Source of the DNA: an uncultured Alphaproteobacteria bacterium | GTDB lineage: Bacteria > Pseudomonadota > Alphaproteobacteria > HIMB59 > GCA-002718135 | Reading direction: 5' to 3' | NCBI GenBank assembly: GCA_902521325.1 | Contig: CABYRE010000001.1 | Coordinates: 22,917 to 86,916, forward strand | DNA: 64,000 bases | Shown here: piece after piece, positions 57,925 through 64,000 of the stretch | Layout: each line of letters opens with the position of its first letter | How positions within the stretch are numbered: the stretch's first letter is position 1 | Program-made: the position numbers and the translations under genes | Notes under the pieces: model-generated | The model's input: the letters and a program-made list of their open reading frames with translations, nothing else | What the model was told of the DNA's origin: nothing | Database searches by the model: none

Positions 57925-59826
57925 ATGAAAAATATCAGTAAAAACGTTGTATTATGGATTATAATTGGATTGCTCCTAATTGTACTTTTCAATCTTTTCC
58001 AAGGAAGTTCTAACAATAGAAATACTTCAAAAATATCCTTTTCTGACTTCATTGCTGCAACAGAAAGTGGAAATGTTTCCGAAGTTAACATCAATGGAAG
58101 CAACGTTACAGGATTTCTAAACGACGGACGATCATTTAGCACATATGTCCCTAATTATCCTAATTTGGTAGACAAATTAAATGAAAGTGGAGTGAAAATT
58201 ACTGCTGAGCCCTCTGAGAGATCAATGCATCCACTTTTAAGCGTATTACTATCGTGGTTTCCAATGCTTCTATTAATTGGAGTTTGGATTTTCTTTATGC
58301 GCCAGATGCAAGGCGGTGGTGGAAAAGCAATGGGCTTTGGTAAATCTAAAGCTAAATTATTAAACGAAGCAGTTGGTAAAGTTACATTTGACGATGTAGC
58401 AGGTATTGATGAAGCTAAACAAGAATTGGAAGAAGTTGTTGAATTTTTAAAAGATCCCTCAAAGTTTTCTAGATTAGGCGGTAAGATTCCAAGAGGTGCA
58501 CTTCTAGTTGGTCCTCCTGGTACTGGAAAAACGTTACTTGCAAGAGCAATTGCCGGTGAAGCAAATGTTCCTTTCTTTTCTATTTCAGGATCTGATTTTG
58601 TGGAAATGTTTGTAGGTGTCGGTGCTAGTAGAGTTAGAGATATGTTTGACCAAGGTAAAAAAAATGCACCTTGTATAGTTTTTATCGATGAAATTGATGC
58701 TGTTGGAAGACACCGTGGCGCTGGTCTCGGTGGCGGGAATGACGAAAGAGAACAAACCCTAAATCAACTTCTTGTGGAAATGGATGGTTTTGAAGCAAAT
58801 GCGGGTGTAATTATAATTGCCGCAACAAATAGACCAGACGTTCTTGATCCAGCATTGCTTAGACCAGGAAGATTTGATCGTCAAATAACAGTTAATAACC
58901 CTGATGTAATGGGAAGAGACAAAATACTTAAAGTTCATATTAAAAAAATTAAAGTTTCGCCAAAATTTGATTCAAAAATTATCGCAAGGGGAACTCCAGG
59001 TTTTTCTGGAGCTGATTTAGCAAATCTAGTTAATGAAGCAGCATTATTAGCAGCTAGAAAAAATAAAAGAATGGTTACACTTGAGGATTTTGAAAGTGCG
59101 AAAGATAAAGTGATGATGGGTGCTGAAAAAAGATCTATGGTTATGTCAGAAGATGAAAAGAAACTTACAGCTTACCATGAAGCTGGTCATGCAGTAGCAA
59201 CTCTTCACTCACCAGCCTCTGATCCAATACATAAAGCAACTATAATACCGAGAGGTAGAGCATTAGGTATGGTTATGAGACTTCCTGAAAAAGATCAACT
59301 GTCTATGAGAAAAGATCAGATGAAGGCTCATTTATTAATTGCTACTGGTGGAAGAATTGCAGAAGAAATGATCTTTGGAAAAGATAAAATTACAAATGGG
59401 GCAGCAAGTGATATACAAATGGTGACAAATCTATCAAAAAAAATGATTACTGAATGGGGTATGAGTGAAAAATTAGGCCGTCTAAGATATAACAATGACA
59501 GTGAGGAAGTATTCCTAGGGCATTCCGTTGCACAATCAAAAAATTTATCTGATTCTACTGCAAAAATAATTGATGAAGAGGTTAGATTTCTTGCAGAAGA
59601 GGCCGAAAATAATTGTAGAAAAATTCTTCAAGATAATATTGAAGAACTACATATAGTTGCTAAGGGACTTTTAGAGTATGAAACATTGTCAGGTGATGAA
59701 ATTAAAGATTTAATCAAAGGTATAAAGCCAACTCGTGATGATCTTGATAATGATATAAACACACCAAAAAAACCAGCTACATCTGTTCCAAAAACAGGTG
59801 GATCTGCTCCTGCTCCTGCAAACTAA
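57925..59826 (+). CDS. ftsH: ATP-dependent zinc metalloprotease FtsH
   Basis: The track ORF starts at TTG 57889. I prefer ATG 57925, preceded by AAGGAG. Walker [15 protein letters not shown] region, and HEAGHA zinc motif. Confidence 0.97.
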   Translation: MKNISKNVVLWIIIGLLLIVLFNLFQGSSNNRNTSKISFSDFIAATESGNVSEVNINGSNVTGFLNDGRSFSTYVPNYPNLVDKLNESGVKITAEPSERSMHPLLSVLLSWFPMLLLIGVWIFFMRQMQGGGGKAMGFGKSKAKLLNEAVGKVTFDDVAGIDEAKQELEEVVEFLKDPSKFSRLGGKIPRGALLVGPPGTGKTLLARAIAGEANVPFFSISGSDFVEMFVGVGASRVRDMFDQGKKNAPCIVFIDEIDAVGRHRGAGLGGGNDEREQTLNQLLVEMDGFEANAGVIIIAATNRPDVLDPALLRPGRFDRQITVNNPDVMGRDKILKVHIKKIKVSPKFDSKIIARGTPGFSGADLANLVNEAALLAARKNKRMVTLEDFESAKDKVMMGAEKRSMVMSEDEKKLTAYHEAGHAVATLHSPASDPIHKATIIPRGRALGMVMRLPEKDQLSMRKDQMKAHLLIATGGRIAEEMIFGKDKITNGAASDIQMVTNLSKKMITEWGMSEKLGRLRYNNDSEEVFLGHSVAQSKNLSDSTAKIIDEEVRFLAEEAENNCRKILQDNIEELHIVAKGLLEYETLSGDEIKDLIKGIKPTRDDLDNDINTPKKPATSVPKTGGSAPAPAN

Positions 59827-59870
59827 TTTAATTACTTCACTTTATTTATTTTTTTGAATAAAAGACATAA

Positions 59871-61218
59871 ATGTCTAAAATATTTGGTACCGATGGTATA
59901 CGGTGCTTAGTTAATGAGGAACCTCTTTCTGCTGAAACTTGTCTAAAAATTTCAAAAACAGTTGCATTTCTTTTAAAAAAGAAAAATTCTAAAAATAGCA
60001 GGGTTGTGATTTGCAAAGATACTAGATTATCTGGATATTTATATGAGCCACTTGTGACAGCTGGATTTATTTCTATGGGTATGGATGTAATTTTAGTCGG
60101 CCCCCTTCCAACACCAGCCGTCCCATTAATGATTAAAACTTTAAGAGCAGATATTGGCGTAATGATTACAGCTTCTCATAACACATATGAATATAATGGA
60201 CTTAAATTTTTTGATAGCACGGGAACAAAGTTAAGTTCATTGATAGAACAAAAGGTTGAAAAAATAGTATTAGATAATAAAAAATATTCTAAAATCTCAA
60301 ACAACACATTTATTTCCGGAAACGCAAGAAGACTGGAAGATGCCTCAGGTAGATACTCAGAATTTTTAAAAAGCACTTTGAATAAAACATCTTCCAAGAA
60401 AAAACTAAAAATTGTTTTAGATTGTGCGAATGGAGCTACATATAATATAGCTCCAAATTTATTCTGGGAGCTAGGTCATAACATAATTGCCATAAATAAT
60501 AATCCAGATGGTTTAAACATTAATAAAAATTGTGGTGCAGTCGATGTGAAATCACTCTCACAAAATGTAATAAAAGAAAAGGCTGATATTGGATTTGCAT
60601 TTGATGGTGATGGAGATAGGTTAATAGTTGTAGATGAAGAAGGTAAAGAAGTTGATGGTGATAAAATTATAGGATTGTTATGTAAAAGTTATGTAAAACC
60701 TCGGAAAAAATCCAACCAACATGATGTTATTTTAACAGTCATGTCTAATATGGGATTAGAAAATTATCTCACAAATAAATTAAAATTAAAGATTAAGCGA
60801 ACATATGTTGGAGATATAAACGTTATAAATCAAATGAAAAAATCCAAATCTATGATAGGCGGGGAACAATCAGGACATATAATATTGTCAGAACATTCTA
60901 ATACTGGTGATGGAATTTTAGCAGCTCTAAAAATCACTGAAATTTTGATATCAAATAAAAATAAGGTGAGCAAACTTTTTGATTTGTACAATGACTTTGC
61001 TCAAGAAAAAATTAACTTAAGTTATAAAACAAAGAATACCAAACTGTTAAAAATTCTTGATAAGTTAAAAAATGATAAACTATATAATAATAAAAAAATC
61101 AGATCTCTTGTAAGGTTATCTGGAACTGAACCATTAGTCAGAATATTAGTCGAAGGGCAAGAAGTTACTGAGGTTAAAAAGAAATCTCTAGAAATAAAAA
61201 AATTAGTAAGGCCTTATC

Positions 61219-61226
<8 letters not shown>
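59871..61226 (+). CDS. glmM: phosphoglucosamine mutase
   Basis: 451 aa: IFGTDGIRC, active-site TASHNTYEYNGLKFF, FDGDGDRL, GGEQSGHII. Confidence 0.92.

Positions 61227-64000
<2,774 letters not shown>

Overview
This is a very AT-rich, extremely gene-dense chromosomal segment with about 70 protein genes and one tRNA. Most intergenic spacers are under 100 nt, and many genes overlap by 1-30 nt. Composition, alphaproteobacterial synteny blocks (yebC / tolQRAB-pal-cpoB-tilS-ftsH-glmM; tkt-gap; zauP-zapA-5FCL) and the heavy investment in methyl-group/C1 oxidation suggest a streamlined marine alphaproteobacterium of the SAR11/Pelagibacterales type. That assignment is inference only, since no rRNA lies in the window.

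Left to right:
- 0-6.8 kb: a minus-strand run of poorly characterised genes (secreted protein, M50 protease, Sel1-repeat, unknown, membrane, MORN-repeat). It is followed by a two-ORF cassette bracketed by 45-nt direct repeats, tRNA-Arg(ACG), a GT61-like glycosyltransferase and sppA.
- 6.9-9 kb: groES-groEL behind a perfect CIRCE operator and a sigma32-like promoter.
- 9-18.5 kb: housekeeping genes (gpx, mscS-family, AI-2E transporter, recX, ABC-2 permease, argD, argF, trkH, apaG, OmpA-family lipoprotein).
- 18.6-36.4 kb: a methyl-group oxidation neighbourhood (GcvT/DmdA-family demethylase, dimethylglycine dehydrogenase, etfBA, ETF-QO, then soxBDAG, fhs and metF on the other strand).
- 36.4-42.8 kb: trhO, rpmG, and a photolyase operon with FAD-oxidoreductase/DUF1365/CFA-synthase-like/DUF2878 genes.
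- 42.8-50.6 kb: DUF1013 (apparently frameshifted), DUF1192, rpmE, suhB, efp, gap, tkt, zauP-like, zapA, 5-FCL, ymdB.
- 50.7-64 kb: yebC, a 97-aa Hjc-like nuclease candidate, tolQ-tolR-tolA-tolB-pal-cpoB, tilS, ftsH, glmM, hisZ, purA and the 3' part of rpoH.

I saw no CRISPR array, transposase, integrase, phage structural gene or recognisable defence system, and no convincing evidence for a large novel multi-gene system.

The most checkable oddities are:
1. A PD-(D/E)xK/Hjc-like mini-ORF sits exactly where ruvCAB normally lies between yebC and tolQ.
2. A homopolymer frameshift splits the conserved DUF1013 gene.
3. A 45-nt direct-repeat-flanked two-gene cassette lies next to tRNA-Arg.
4. A photolyase-linked putative furan-fatty-acid (UfaD/UfaO/UfaM-like) operon.
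5. A secreted SNase-like nuclease is translationally coupled to soxG.

All family calls come from motif recognition by eye and memory; no database search was run.
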